Source: Lingula anatina
Lineage: Eukaryota; Animalia; Brachiopoda
Assembly (NCBI GenBank): GCA_051362555.1
Contig: CM120640.1
Span: 38,666,788-38,730,787 of the forward strand
Length of the DNA stretch: 64,000 bases
Direction: 5' to 3'
Positions 53,084 to 64,000 of this stretch are shown piece by piece (the stretch's first letter is position 1; each line of letters starts with the position of its first letter). The position numbers were made by a program, and so were the translations under genes. The notes below the pieces were generated by a model. The model had not been told where the DNA came from and searched no databases. It was given only the letters and a program-made list of their open reading frames with translations.

Positions 53084-56000
53084 ATGGAGTCAAAACGATC
53101 GCTGTCGAGTTTATTCTACACTGGTTTCCTGAAAAAAGGTTCCGTTTGGGCGGCAGCAATTATGGTTATGGCTGTTGGTGCAGACGCTTTTTTTAACTCT
53201 ACTGTAAATTCTTTTTACGAAAAGCGGAATAAAGGAGTAAGTAATGAGACACTTAGAGTTAGATCTTGTTTTCAGTCTCGAGTATCACAAGTTTTAGTAG
53301 GATCCACATGGTTTTTATGTATTGTACAGGCACAGCGTGTCTGTACATACATCCGTCACCTGCGGCTGTCATTTTCTTCGATCGGCCGCACTTTCAGGGA
53401 TAACACGATACGTGGAACACCTATCTCTACTCAGCGACAGACACAAATCTCACCGACTAATTGATAATCTCATACCAACTATGTATCACCAGGACTACTT
53501 GACCAGAATCTGCGGCAGTAAATGCATAGGCCACATTCACAATAAAGGACTAACTAGTCTGTGGATCAAATGTGTCCTCTTATCCCCTAATAGGCACTGA
53601 ATAAATTCCCCCTGGGGATTACGCATCAAGTATTAAAGTGGGTATGTCATATTTAATCCACGATCTGTTTTTCCACGGATCAACTATGGTTGGATAATGC
53701 CCACAAACATCCTCTCCAGATGTGTCTATGCCAAGCAGGGCCTGTGAGATAGCATATTTAGATTCAGAGTTGGATATTCAGCTTGATCAGACTTTTTGTT
53801 TTGTTTTGTTTTGCAAAAGTTTAGCACAAAATTCATGCATAAGCACTCCTGTTTACAATTTCTGATTGGTATGCTGTGCTTCAACCAGTTTGTGAATGCA
53901 CCATGATTGGGGAGGGGATCTTAAATTTTTATGTACAGACACAGATGTGTCTGTACATATAGCCATCATCTGCGTCTGTCGTCGCCGTCGCCGTCGTCGC
54001 CATCGCCGTGCACTTTTACCGATAACACGATAAGTGGAAAACTGTTTTTTCTTTTGGCTTGAAACTTACAGAACTGATGAATATTCATAATACGCAGGTC
54101 AAGTTCGAAAATCAGCATGATCGGGTCACTTATAGGGAATTTATGCTGTTTTTTCACTTTTTTCAGCATATATGCAGCACCGATAACACGATAAGTGGAA
54201 AACCATGTTACCTTTTGGCTTGAAACTTACAGAACTGATGAATATTCATAATACGCAGGTCAAGTTCGAAAATCAGCATGATCGGGTCACTTATAGGGAA
54301 TTTATGCTGTTTTTTCACTTTTTTCAGCATATATACAGCACCGATAACACGATAAGTGGAAAACTATTTTACTTTTTGGCTTGAAACTTACAGATCTGAT
54401 GAATATTTATAATACGCAGGCCAAGTTCGAAAATCAGCGTGATTGGGTCATTTTTAGTGAATTTAGGCTATTTTTTCTCTTTTTTCAGCATATATGCAGC
54501 ACCGATAACACCATAAATGGAAAACCATTTTACCTTTTGGCTTGAAACTTACAGAACTAATGAATATTCATATTACGCAGGTCAAGTTCGAAAATCAGCA
54601 TGATCGGGCCATTTTTAGGGAAGTTATGCTGTTTTTTCACTTTCTTCAGCATATATGCAGCACCGATAACACGATAAGTGGAAATCCATTTTACCTTTTG
54701 GTTTCAAACTTACAGAACTGATGAATATTCATAATACGCAGGTCAAGTTTGAAAATCAGTATGATTGGGTCATTTTTAGGGAAGTTATGCTGTTTTTCAC
54801 TTTTTTCAGCATATATGCAACACTGATAACATGATAAGTGGAAAACCATTTAACCTTTTGGTTTGAAACTTGCAGAACTAATGAGTATTCATAATACGCT
54901 GGTCAAGTTTGAAAATCAGCATGATCGGGTCATTTTTAGGGAAGTAATGCTGTTTTTTCACTTTTTTCAGCATGTATGCAACACCTTTGTGCTATATGAC
55001 GGTACTGTATGGATAGCAGTCTTTAAAATTGTCCCTTGGGTGATCACTAATTAAATTAAGGTCTATAAAGTCACTTGCCTACTCATTAATTTTCAATTGG
55101 CCACTAAATGAGATTACATAAAACACTCCTTGAGATTTCCCTGTAAAGTCCCATAGGTTTAGCTCTCTTAACTGTGTCACAAAATTAGGATTTGGTGATA
55201 ATTGTGCAGATAAATGGTGTTTAACATTGCAAATAATTTACAACAAAAAGAATGTGTTATGCCAACATGCTATAGATGAATAACAGTGCTTTATTTTTCT
55301 CAAACTTGGTGGGGTTATTAATATCAAGTTAATACAGCTAGATTAAAAGTTTGAATAGCAGCTTTATTGGAATTTTTTACGTTTTATTTAAAATTTTTTT
55401 AAAATTATTTTTCAAACACTAGCATCTTCAAGATGTGATTTTATACTCCCATCCACCAGAAGTGCTGTGCATTTTCTGTTTTTTTGTATATAATTGTTAT
55501 TTCTTCAGATTTAATTCTTAGGCATGTTAACAGTCTCATTATGGAACTAATAAGATATGTAAAAGTGTTGTTTTGACATTTTCTGCTTCTTAACAATATT
55601 GTTTGTTGATTATATAAAAATGACGGTAAACCTGTTATAATATTGTGCATTGTGTAATAAAGTATCATAAATGGAAAGGAACTCATCATTGCAGTTTGTC
55701 AGATTTAATCATTCACTATGTTCAGCATCTGCAAATGGAGCAAATTGGACATTGAAAATTGTTCTATTGATATTTTTCCTATGTCAACAATTTTCCTAGT
55801 TGAACATTTAAAAATGACAGTTTATTGATCATTTTGTTTTAAAAAAGGTGTTGAAAATGGAAAGAAAATCATTTCAGTACAGTTATCTCTTGTTTACATT
55901 TTGGCATTTTGAAAGTGTGACTCTGAACTTCCATGGCCTTGAAGACCTTCCCAAATCACATTTTCTGAATATTCATGATACTTTTATTTTTTTTATAAAA

Positions 56001-57761
56001 AATTTGATGGTCATTATGCTGTTAAGTATTATGTTTTATTGCAAGAAAGTTGAAGAAAACCCTATTTTGGACACTGCTGCCAGGATAGCGATTAAGGGAA
56101 AACCATGTTACTTACGATACTGAAACTTAGTGAAAAGTTTCATAAGACAGAAGTGCGCAGCTTGTGTTTGAAAACCAGTGTGATTGTTTTCTGTTTTGGA
56201 GGCAATGCAGGTTTATAGTGTGCTATACTGGCATTTTCAAGTTGTGACTTATCACTCCCATCTGCCAGGAGCCCTGTACTCTTACTTTGTAACATTTTCT
56301 GTATTTTGTTAAGTTACAAGAATGATTCTTAGGATTGACATACAGCCAAAAAAAAAAAAATTAATAATATATATATATATATATAATGAGTTTAAGCAAT
56401 TTGTTTTTGTGTGTGTAATTTTCACTGTACCTCATTCTGGCATTTCCAAAGTTTAACTCTTATCAGCCCGACACCTTAGGGACTATTTCCAGACCCTATC
56501 ACGCTAACTGTGGATCGATCTATCTCCATGGGAATTCTCGCTAAATTGCAATCAATGTAAGTGGCTTAGTTGTCTGTCACGCCTACTGAAACTGGCATGC
56601 CAGAATCCTAAGACTCTCAAACTGAAAGCAATTTAGTGAGAAACCCCTTGGAGTTGGATTGATCCTGTTAGATTGATCTAGGTATGGGAACTTAGTCTAA
56701 TGCTTGATACACATTTTACTTTCATCCTAATCCAGTGTTATGCAGAATAAGAATTTGATGTTGGCTATGCAGTTACAGTAAGCATAATACATTAGTTCAT
56801 CAGAATTGACAGTATCCTATTTCCTGCGTTTTTATTTTCTGGTTTTTGTCTGTACATTTGACAGCTTTGCTGCCTTGTTACATTACCTCTCATCTCCTTA
56901 ACTCACCTACTCCTGTAAAGCCAACCAATTTTCAAATCAACAGAGTCATAAGTAAGGCAAGATTCATTTAATCATGCACAGCATACTTATCAGTATGAAT
57001 TTCCTGCTAGCAAATTTTTTAAAAAGTTTTTGAGCATATTTGAAATATAGATAAAACATAAGCAGGGTCTGAAGTTAATATTTGGCGCCTGGTAGACCCT
57101 AAGCCCATTACTGTATTTACATATTGACATTTTTAGTGTGTGACTTTGAAATCACATTGGCCTGAAGCACAATGTTATTTACATTTTCTGAATGTCCATG
57201 TTACCAATACCTGTAGCACATCGTTAAAAGTTGGTGGGGATTGTATTGTTAAACAGTTTGAATATTGCATTGGAATTGACAATCAAGGCAGCAAAGCTGT
57301 CAAATGTACAGACAACAGGAAAGAAAAATAGTCCAATTAAGCTGGATTGCCAATTGAGCTGTATGTCAACCATTCTTGTTACTTACAAAATAATATGTTT
57401 AAAACAGGTTTCCTTTCAGAGCATTTGTAGTGGCAGGACGCAAAATGTTTTTTATCAATTTTGATACAGTGTTTTATAATGCTTAACAGCTTATAATCAC
57501 CATCAATTTTAAATTGTGCACTGCAGTACCTTAGATATCTAGAAAATGTGACAAGCAAAAGTCTTCAGTCCTAATGAAATTCAGTCACACCTTGAAAATG
57601 CCAATATGTGCACAAGGGGAGAGGGGTTATTAATGCCTTGATTGACTTATTGTTCTGATCTTTTTATGTTGTGGTAATTGATAAGTTAACAAACAGCACT
57701 TTTTTTTCAGTTGCTGTGGAAAGATGTCAAACTCCAAGTTTGCAAGCCTGAAGATTTATGA
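53084..57761 (+). CDS. UQCR10: Cytochrome b-c1 complex subunit 9 (QCR9)
   Basis: Exon 53084-53236 (LFYTGFLKKGSVWAAAIMVMAVGADAFFN..FYEKRNKG, GTAAGT donor) and exon 57711-57761 (LLWKDVK..*), 67 aa with the NKGxLWKD family motif; AATAAA at ~58155. Confidence 0.88.
53926..56879 (+). mobile_element. HINE family copy 4, apparently full length, in the UQCR10 intron
   Basis: 5' TTTTTATGTACAGACACAGATGTGTCTGTACAT (subTIR + IR), GTCGCC microsatellite, ~6 x 161-bp units (54019-54984), 3' TGTCTGTACAT subTIR + GACAGCTTTGCTGCC stem-loop + TT. Confidence 0.82.
57285..57610 (-). mobile_element. HINE family fragment
   Basis: AAGGCAGCAAAGCTGTCAAATGTACAGACA terminus and diverged internal blocks. Confidence 0.6.
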
Positions 57762-58854
57762 TGGATGTCCATAGTGCACTGAAGACATTTGAAATGGATT
57801 GAAAAGCACTTTTTATGCTGTATATTATGATAAACCAAATATTTTCATCGAGTAAAAAACTGCAGGACATTGCCAACAGTTGGATTAAATACTACCACAT
57901 ACCTACAGATGTATACAACAGATATGGATTTGACACAAAGAAAAACAAAATTTCAAAACTTGCCAAGACACTGAAGAAATTTGCCTGATGATGTTACAAT
58001 ATCAGTTTTTGTAAAATTAAAAGTGTAACATTGACTGAACTGGAAATTTCATATTAGCTTTGTGCACAGTGTCTCAAGAACTGCAGTGCCACTTGAAATC
58101 AGTTGTAAATCACTAGCACAGGAACATACCTTTGTTTTGTTTGTCAGTTTGTTCAATAAAGGACTCACGGCTAGCTTAAAAATTTATAAATGTGTCATGT
58201 AAAATTTTCAATTTAAAATATATATTATATAGTTCTATGTACTGTTGCTGTTATGCTGATTTAGCTCCAGTTCATAAATGCCATTCCTAACAACACTTGA
58301 ATTTGACCAAAAACAATTTATCAACACACCTGGCAAAATGTTTTCTACAAATGAAAAAAAAAAAAGAATATAAAATTGCAGAATCTTTATTACAGAGTAC
58401 ATTCTTCTTTCCTTCAAGTATAACAAACATTTTTTGAGAAATCACAATTTCTAAATTGAAAGTAACATCTATAGTATATACCTTCTCTTTTTAATTTGAT
58501 CTTATACCTCTCACTGTTGTCTTTTTTAAAATGAAATAATATAAATCATCTTTCAAAATGTCATGAAATAGATATTGCAATAACTGTCACTGCAGTTGTA
58601 TGGAATTGTGACACGATTGTGTTGAATATGGGGCTTAACATTTAAACGTAGTCAAAGAACAGGATGTGTAGTCCTGTATCCTCTTGAAGCTTTAACAATA
58701 TTACCCTACAGACTTTCACTATTGGGTCAAAGTCTGAATCACTATTTCAACATGAGTAAGTGATATGTACGGAACTAGAAATTAAGGCATAGTCACATTA
58801 AAGATTCTACACTTTTCAAAGACCATTTATTATCGAATTCAAGCATAACAATGA

Positions 58855-59166
58855 TTATTTGGTAGAATCAAAGAAAAGGACTGGTTCTTCTCCAACAACA
58901 GCTGCATTATGGACTGTATTTTTTGGCACCTCAACCATGTCACCAGGCTGCAATATGACTTCCTGTCCATACATCCCAAATTTGAACTTCCCAGAAACTA
59001 TTGCATCTTTCTTTGAGATACTGTGGGTATGATCTGGAAAGTTGGTTCCAGGATAGAAGGTATATGTCGTACACACGTAACCTTGAGATTCAAGCTTCTT
59101 CTTCATGCTGGCTTTACTTAAAGGACCATCTTTTACTGAATCCCAATGCTCCACTTTGATTGACAT
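58855..59166 (-). CDS. Small cupin-fold protein (103 aa), intronless CDS
   Basis: MSIKVEHW...; cupin motif 1 PGTNFPDHTH..KKDAIVSG and motif 2 LQPGDMVEVPKNTVHNA; a splice acceptor lies 1 nt before the ATG; AATAAA shortly after the stop. Confidence 0.88.
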   Translation of the reverse strand: MSIKVEHWDSVKDGPLSKASMKKKLESQGYVCTTYTFYPGTNFPDHTHSISKKDAIVSGKFKFGMYGQEVILQPGDMVEVPKNTVHNAAVVGEEPVLFFDSTK

Positions 59167-59227
59167 TCTGAAAAGAATATTGAAAGGAATGTAAAGTTTC
59201 TCAATAAATAGCTTTAAACAAAAGATA

Positions 59228-59830
59228 TCTAGGAGGACATTCACAACAGATGATCCTTGGATCTAAGATCGCATTCACAACGAGTTGAGCCAGGCTTTAC
59301 AAATCCTGGGAACTAAATATGGCGGTCGTACATGAAAGAAAAACCGCCTAATCTTTTAATAGTCTCTCTGCCTCTCACACGCCTCCCCACACGTCGTCCC
59401 TGCGGGGGGACAGTCATTAAATCTCGGCTCCATTGGGACGACACATGGGAAGGCGTGTGAGAGGCGGAGAGACTATTAAAAGATAAGGCGGTTTTTCTTT
59501 CATGTACGTCCGCCATATTTAGTCCCCAGGATTTGTAAAGCCTGGCTCAACTTGTTGTGAATGCGATATAAAGATCTGCGGATCACATATGGGGAGCCCT
59601 ACATGAAAGAAGAGCCGACGAATCTGCTGATGGTCTCACCGCCTCCGCACACACCATTAAATGGATTAAATCACAGCTCCAAGGTTTAATTGCTAGATCC
59701 CTGCAGAATGCCACATGTGAAGGCAGGGAGACCATCAGTGGATTAGTCTGCTCTTCCTTCATGTAGGGTCTGCCATATATGATATGTGAATCTGTAGATC
59801 CAAGGATCACTTCTTGTGAATGCCCTCTAG
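59228..59830. mobile_element. Nested palindromic MITEs
   Basis: Outer TIRs 59228-59265 / 59795-59830; inner hairpin with ~130-bp arms 59268-59400 / 59435-59567; second diverged hairpin 59582-59790. Confidence 0.8.
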
Positions 59831-61623
59831 GTAAGGCTCTGTTCTCACAACTTTTAGATCGATCTATCACCGCGGGGAGTCTCACTAGATTACTGTCAGA
59901 TAATCCCCCTTAAGTGTCCGTCCCCACCTACTACAAGCTTTAAGGGGTAATTAACTTTCGTGTCCGCCCGGCTGACAGCTATTTAGCGTGAACCCCCAGG
60001 GAGTTAGGTCGATCCAATGTAGGTCGATCTAATCTGTGAGAATGGGGTGTAAGATAACAATGTGGTTTGTTTTAATTGGAAAATTACCTAGTTACTGTAA
60101 GTAGATGATTTAAATCATGTAGGTGAATGCAGGTTTCTTCTCCTTAAAAATTACTCGCTAATAAGTAAATACTTGTAGTTGTACTCATATGCAATAGCCC
60201 AAAGTCGTAACTCAACATAAAATCAAGCCAGATTTTGCAGGATTTGGAGGAGTGGGGTCAGAAATAATGTAAATATGCAATTTTATGCCACAAAACCTGA
60301 CCAAATGCCACAATATAGTTTCAAATCATATGGCTTAGCAAAAGACCAAATGAAAGCATTTCAAATGCCTGAAATGCCTGAAAATTATCTTTGAATGGAT
60401 TGCAGCAACAAATAAAATCTGACAAAGTTTATCTACATATTTATCTGGTTGTTTTATTTCTCTTTAAAGAATTAAAAATTGCGTACAATTACAGTATTTT
60501 GTACAACAATAGGGGTTTACTTTACATTTTGTGGGTCACTTTTTTTATTGCTCTCTATGACTACCAGTACATAGGCAAACTTTTTTTTTTTTTTTTTTTT
60601 TTTGGGGGGGGGGGGGGGGGGAGATGGCACGTTCTGCATAACATATAGCACAAGGTAAGTACCGCGACTTATTTCATGCATTGAGCTGCTTGGACCAAGC
60701 CCCTATTCACCTTGATAGAATAAAGCGAGCATTAACGCAGTGCGCTGATAGCGAAAATGTTAGCAAAATCACCTTAATGTATACTTAAGAGTAAAATATA
60801 TACAGTACTGCTTCAGATACAGGCGAGGGGTCACCACACTGAGCTGTCACCTTGGAAAGGAAAATCCAAATGAAACCAAAGTCACGTAGATCGACTTCAA
60901 ATGACCCAATGTTGCCCGAATAAACCTTTAGAGCCTTAACGGTTTTATACTTAACAACATACCTTCTCAAAGGTAAACTGGACCAGCTAAGGACCACGCA
61001 ACAAACATTAGCATTACAAGTTCTCAAGGCCGTCAAGGTGCCATTTGACCATCTGTAGTAAAGTTATATTTTGATTGCGTTAGGTGAGCGTTTGCTGAAC
61101 TTCGACAAGAAAGCTCAGCAAGCACAATATGATATCATAGCTGCTATTACACAAACCTTTGAAATCCCGTTAACTCCTACTGTAAAATAAAAATATATAC
61201 ATAAACAAACTCAGAGTTTCTACCAGTTTATATGTTTAAGGTTGAAACATTACTACTCAAGCCAAATAAATACGTATATGAATAAGTAAAGTTAAAATAA
61301 AAGCTACACAAGCGTCACTGTAAGGTGCTGCCATCGGGCGGCTCAGATAGGCACTAAAATGCATTGGGTATGGGGTCTTACAAAATTGACATCTAAAGGC
61401 AAATCATTTATCTACCATGCAAACTAAAGAAAAATTATCAAATGAATTTTGAAAAGTTATACAAAATGATCGCCTGAAACTTATTTCACCATTGTGTCTC
61501 GATTTTACCAAGGAGTTATAACTTGGTTTTACGTACCGGTAGGTCTATCCATCGTGAAAAACGGGAGAATTTCTTGTTTGACAATGACAGAGATTGATAC
61601 ACCATAGATTGCTGCAATCAACA

Positions 61624-61626
<3 letters not shown>

Positions 61627-61670
<44 letters not shown>
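61627..61670. repeat. (CA)n microsatellite
   Basis: ~22 CA units. Confidence 0.95.
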
Positions 61671-61671
<1 letters not shown>

Positions 61672-61910
61672 TGCCAATCATTTTGAAATCATCAAATTGT
61701 GTTGCACGTTTCATTTAATCAGAACTTGGACAAAAATTATAAGTAATATTTGGGCAAATAATTTTATTTTCACCTTATCAGTACTTCCTTGATGAAATAT
61801 TTATAATGATGATGATGATAACGACGACAATGATGATAAAGCAGGCGAGGCAAAATAATTTCAACACTAGACTAAATAATTAAACAAAAAGTCGTTTCAT
61901 TTCAAATTGA

Positions 61911-63308
61911 TCATCTTTGAAGACCGCCTTTTACGTGGGGCAACTCTCTGTACACATCGTAGTGTAGTTTGCTTTTCGTATATCCCCTTGCTCTGTTGAC
62001 AATATTTTCCTGCAGACAGTCTAATACAACTGGATCATACTCTGTATCGAATTTGTTCGCAAAAAGCTCCGTTCTCTTCAAAAGCCATGGTAAATCCAGT
62101 AAAGAATAAACACAGATGCCATGCCTGTATAGTGGTCTAGTGTCATTGTTACATTTCTCGTTGTCCCATTTCCAAATCACTGCCCTGGAAATGTGGGTGC
62201 CCTTAGAATGATCCACTTCGTACGAATACCCCCCAGGGGCGTCTGGCTGACGGACGAGTGTGGCCCAATAGACTTCTTCAGGTGCCATGGTATCATTCAG
62301 CCAATTTAACAGATCATTCGCTACTGGATTTGTTAGTACATATTCAACAAATTGACGTGTGAAACTTCCGTAAAAACTTCCTTTGTAAAGAGTAATATTA
62401 TGGGGTATTGGTGTTGTTTTCCTTGTTGTAGTAGGTTTTAAATAACCGCCATCTCGAAGTTCCCACCGAACTCCGCAGCGTTCTTGGAACAAATTATTGG
62501 CCAGAGGATACGTCTCAATATCATTCTTGCCATCAAATAAATTCAAAATTTTCACAATTTCCAAGTTGGTTTTTAGTGGAAATTCTTGGCCGGATAGATT
62601 GATATAATATTTCCAACGCACGGGTGATAACAAAAGTTGACGCATACACTGTATGTCTGCTAGCATTTGAGAAATATGTCCGTAAAACACATCTTGTGGG
62701 TTAGAAATAACGAAGACATTATCAAAACACATGGATATGCTTTTCATGGACTCGTGAAGAGTCTGTGGTGAAGATTTATCAACGTGAAAACAATATACAT
62801 TATGCGGCCTGTAAATTGTTCTCAAAAGAAATTCTGCTTGATTGGAATCAATGTGCATCCTTATAGAAAAAGCTAATGGAAACTTCAGTTCTTGTCGTGT
62901 GACACGGTAGTTGTATCCCAAAGTTTCCTTGAAGTTGTCACAATTCCACGTGAAAAGTTGCATCTCTGCGTCTGTGAAAATGTGATGGGGCAAAACATAC
63001 CGCCGTGACGATTTTGTCGCTCGTTTCTTCACTTCTTTGATGTGCTCTGTATCTCCTCTAGCAAGTAATGTGCAGTTTGCTTTATACGCTTCCCGCCTCT
63101 GGTGTTTGTAATAGAGAAGGGCGCATGAGCTATAACTGGACGCATCTTTCTCATTATCACTTCTGATATTGACAGATTTTGCCTTTTCTAAAAAGCTATA
63201 GCCAAGTTGCAATTTCATGTTCACAATTGTCCAGATACAAAAACACAAAAGCACGAGAAGTTTAGCTCTACGCGAAGAACAGATCTGAAAAAGTCGATGC
63301 GTTGCCAT
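61911..63308 (-). CDS. Beta-1,6-N-acetylglucosaminyltransferase (core 2/I-branching, GT14, GCNT-like), 465 aa, single exon
   Basis: N-terminal TM anchor; FPLAFSI, RTIYRPHNVYCFHVDKSS, WKYYINLSGQEFPLKTN, PEEVYWATL, RHGICVY, LFANKFD. Confidence 0.95.
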   Translation of the reverse strand: MATHRLFQICSSRRAKLLVLLCFCIWTIVNMKLQLGYSFLEKAKSVNIRSDNEKDASSYSSCALLYYKHQRREAYKANCTLLARGDTEHIKEVKKRATKSSRRYVLPHHIFTDAEMQLFTWNCDNFKETLGYNYRVTRQELKFPLAFSIRMHIDSNQAEFLLRTIYRPHNVYCFHVDKSSPQTLHESMKSISMCFDNVFVISNPQDVFYGHISQMLADIQCMRQLLLSPVRWKYYINLSGQEFPLKTNLEIVKILNLFDGKNDIETYPLANNLFQERCGVRWELRDGGYLKPTTTRKTTPIPHNITLYKGSFYGSFTRQFVEYVLTNPVANDLLNWLNDTMAPEEVYWATLVRQPDAPGGYSYEVDHSKGTHISRAVIWKWDNEKCNNDTRPLYRHGICVYSLLDLPWLLKRTELFANKFDTEYDPVVLDCLQENIVNRARGYTKSKLHYDVYRELPHVKGGLQR

Positions 63309-64000
63309 TGAAATTCATTACCGACATGAAAGCAATTTTGAAAAGAATCCACATTTTGCGAATCTGTATTTTATAATCCATTATACAAACCGTTAAACCT
63401 CAAAAAAGGCAAATTTACACCACTGAGTAAATCCATTCATGGCATACCAGTCAGTTACTCTAACCACGCGACCTTGTCAGGAATTAATGGAGTGTTGTAT
63501 CCACGTCACGCACTTCTTAACTCTTGCAAACTACCATGTCTTAATTAAGTTTTTTTTGTACCATGGCATACTCTTACGTGTCAGTGTACACACTTCATAA
63601 TGTCAGTTGCATAGGAAATTACATAGGCCTATATAATATCGTAGTTATAAAATAATAATCATGCATGGAATTCATTTTAAGTTATTATGAATTGATCGTC
63701 TTTCCGAAACATGTGATTTAAATGGAGTTAAAATACTGTATGTGAAGTTTTTTATACCTTGTCTGGTATTATCCATTTATCAATTTCAATATTATCATTC
63801 TTATTTTTCTATGCAACAAGATATCTATTGACAATAGGCAACAAATCATGTTTGGGTAAAATATTTTTCGGAAATCAAGTCACAAACTTGTGGATTAATC
63901 TATACACGGTTGAATTCGAAAGCCTCAAAATAATGGAATTAACCACAAGATGGTTGAACCTCCTGCTTATTTGCACCTAGGCCCTTGAATAATATGGAAA

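Noticed and set aside
54073-54115. CTGATGA...CGAAA in the 161-bp satellite as a hammerhead
   Set aside because: Lacks the G-C pair opening stem II, and I could not build stems I and III

Overview
AT-rich, intron-containing animal genomic DNA. A lophotrochozoan or mollusc-like invertebrate is inferred from the gene and repeat content, not proven. The genes, left to right, are: the 3' half of slit (+), a complete CHK2 kinase gene (-), a 5'-incomplete MOV10-type helicase (-), ZMAT5 (-) head-to-head with UQCR10 (+), a small intronless cupin (-) and a single-exon GT14/GCNT glycosyltransferase (-). Introns and the 21.7-40.7 kb interval are packed with Helentron/HINE-like elements carrying ~160-bp satellites, several MITE families, an L1/Tx1-like RT fragment and a decayed THAP transposase. 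The most notable observations are: (1) a minus-strand TATA/Inr-driven unit at 38.6 to ~32.6 kb whose 132-bp 'satellite' is a tandem of 52-nt exon + 80-nt canonical intron units with no long ORF; (2) two duplicated, phase-compatible alternative last exons for the Slit cystine knot; (3) an orphan MOV10 C-terminal half that is splice-phase compatible with the upstream ZMAT5; (4) ZMAT5-UQCR10 head-to-head linkage as in human. Exon boundaries were read by eye from GT/AG sites and reading frame, with no database searches.
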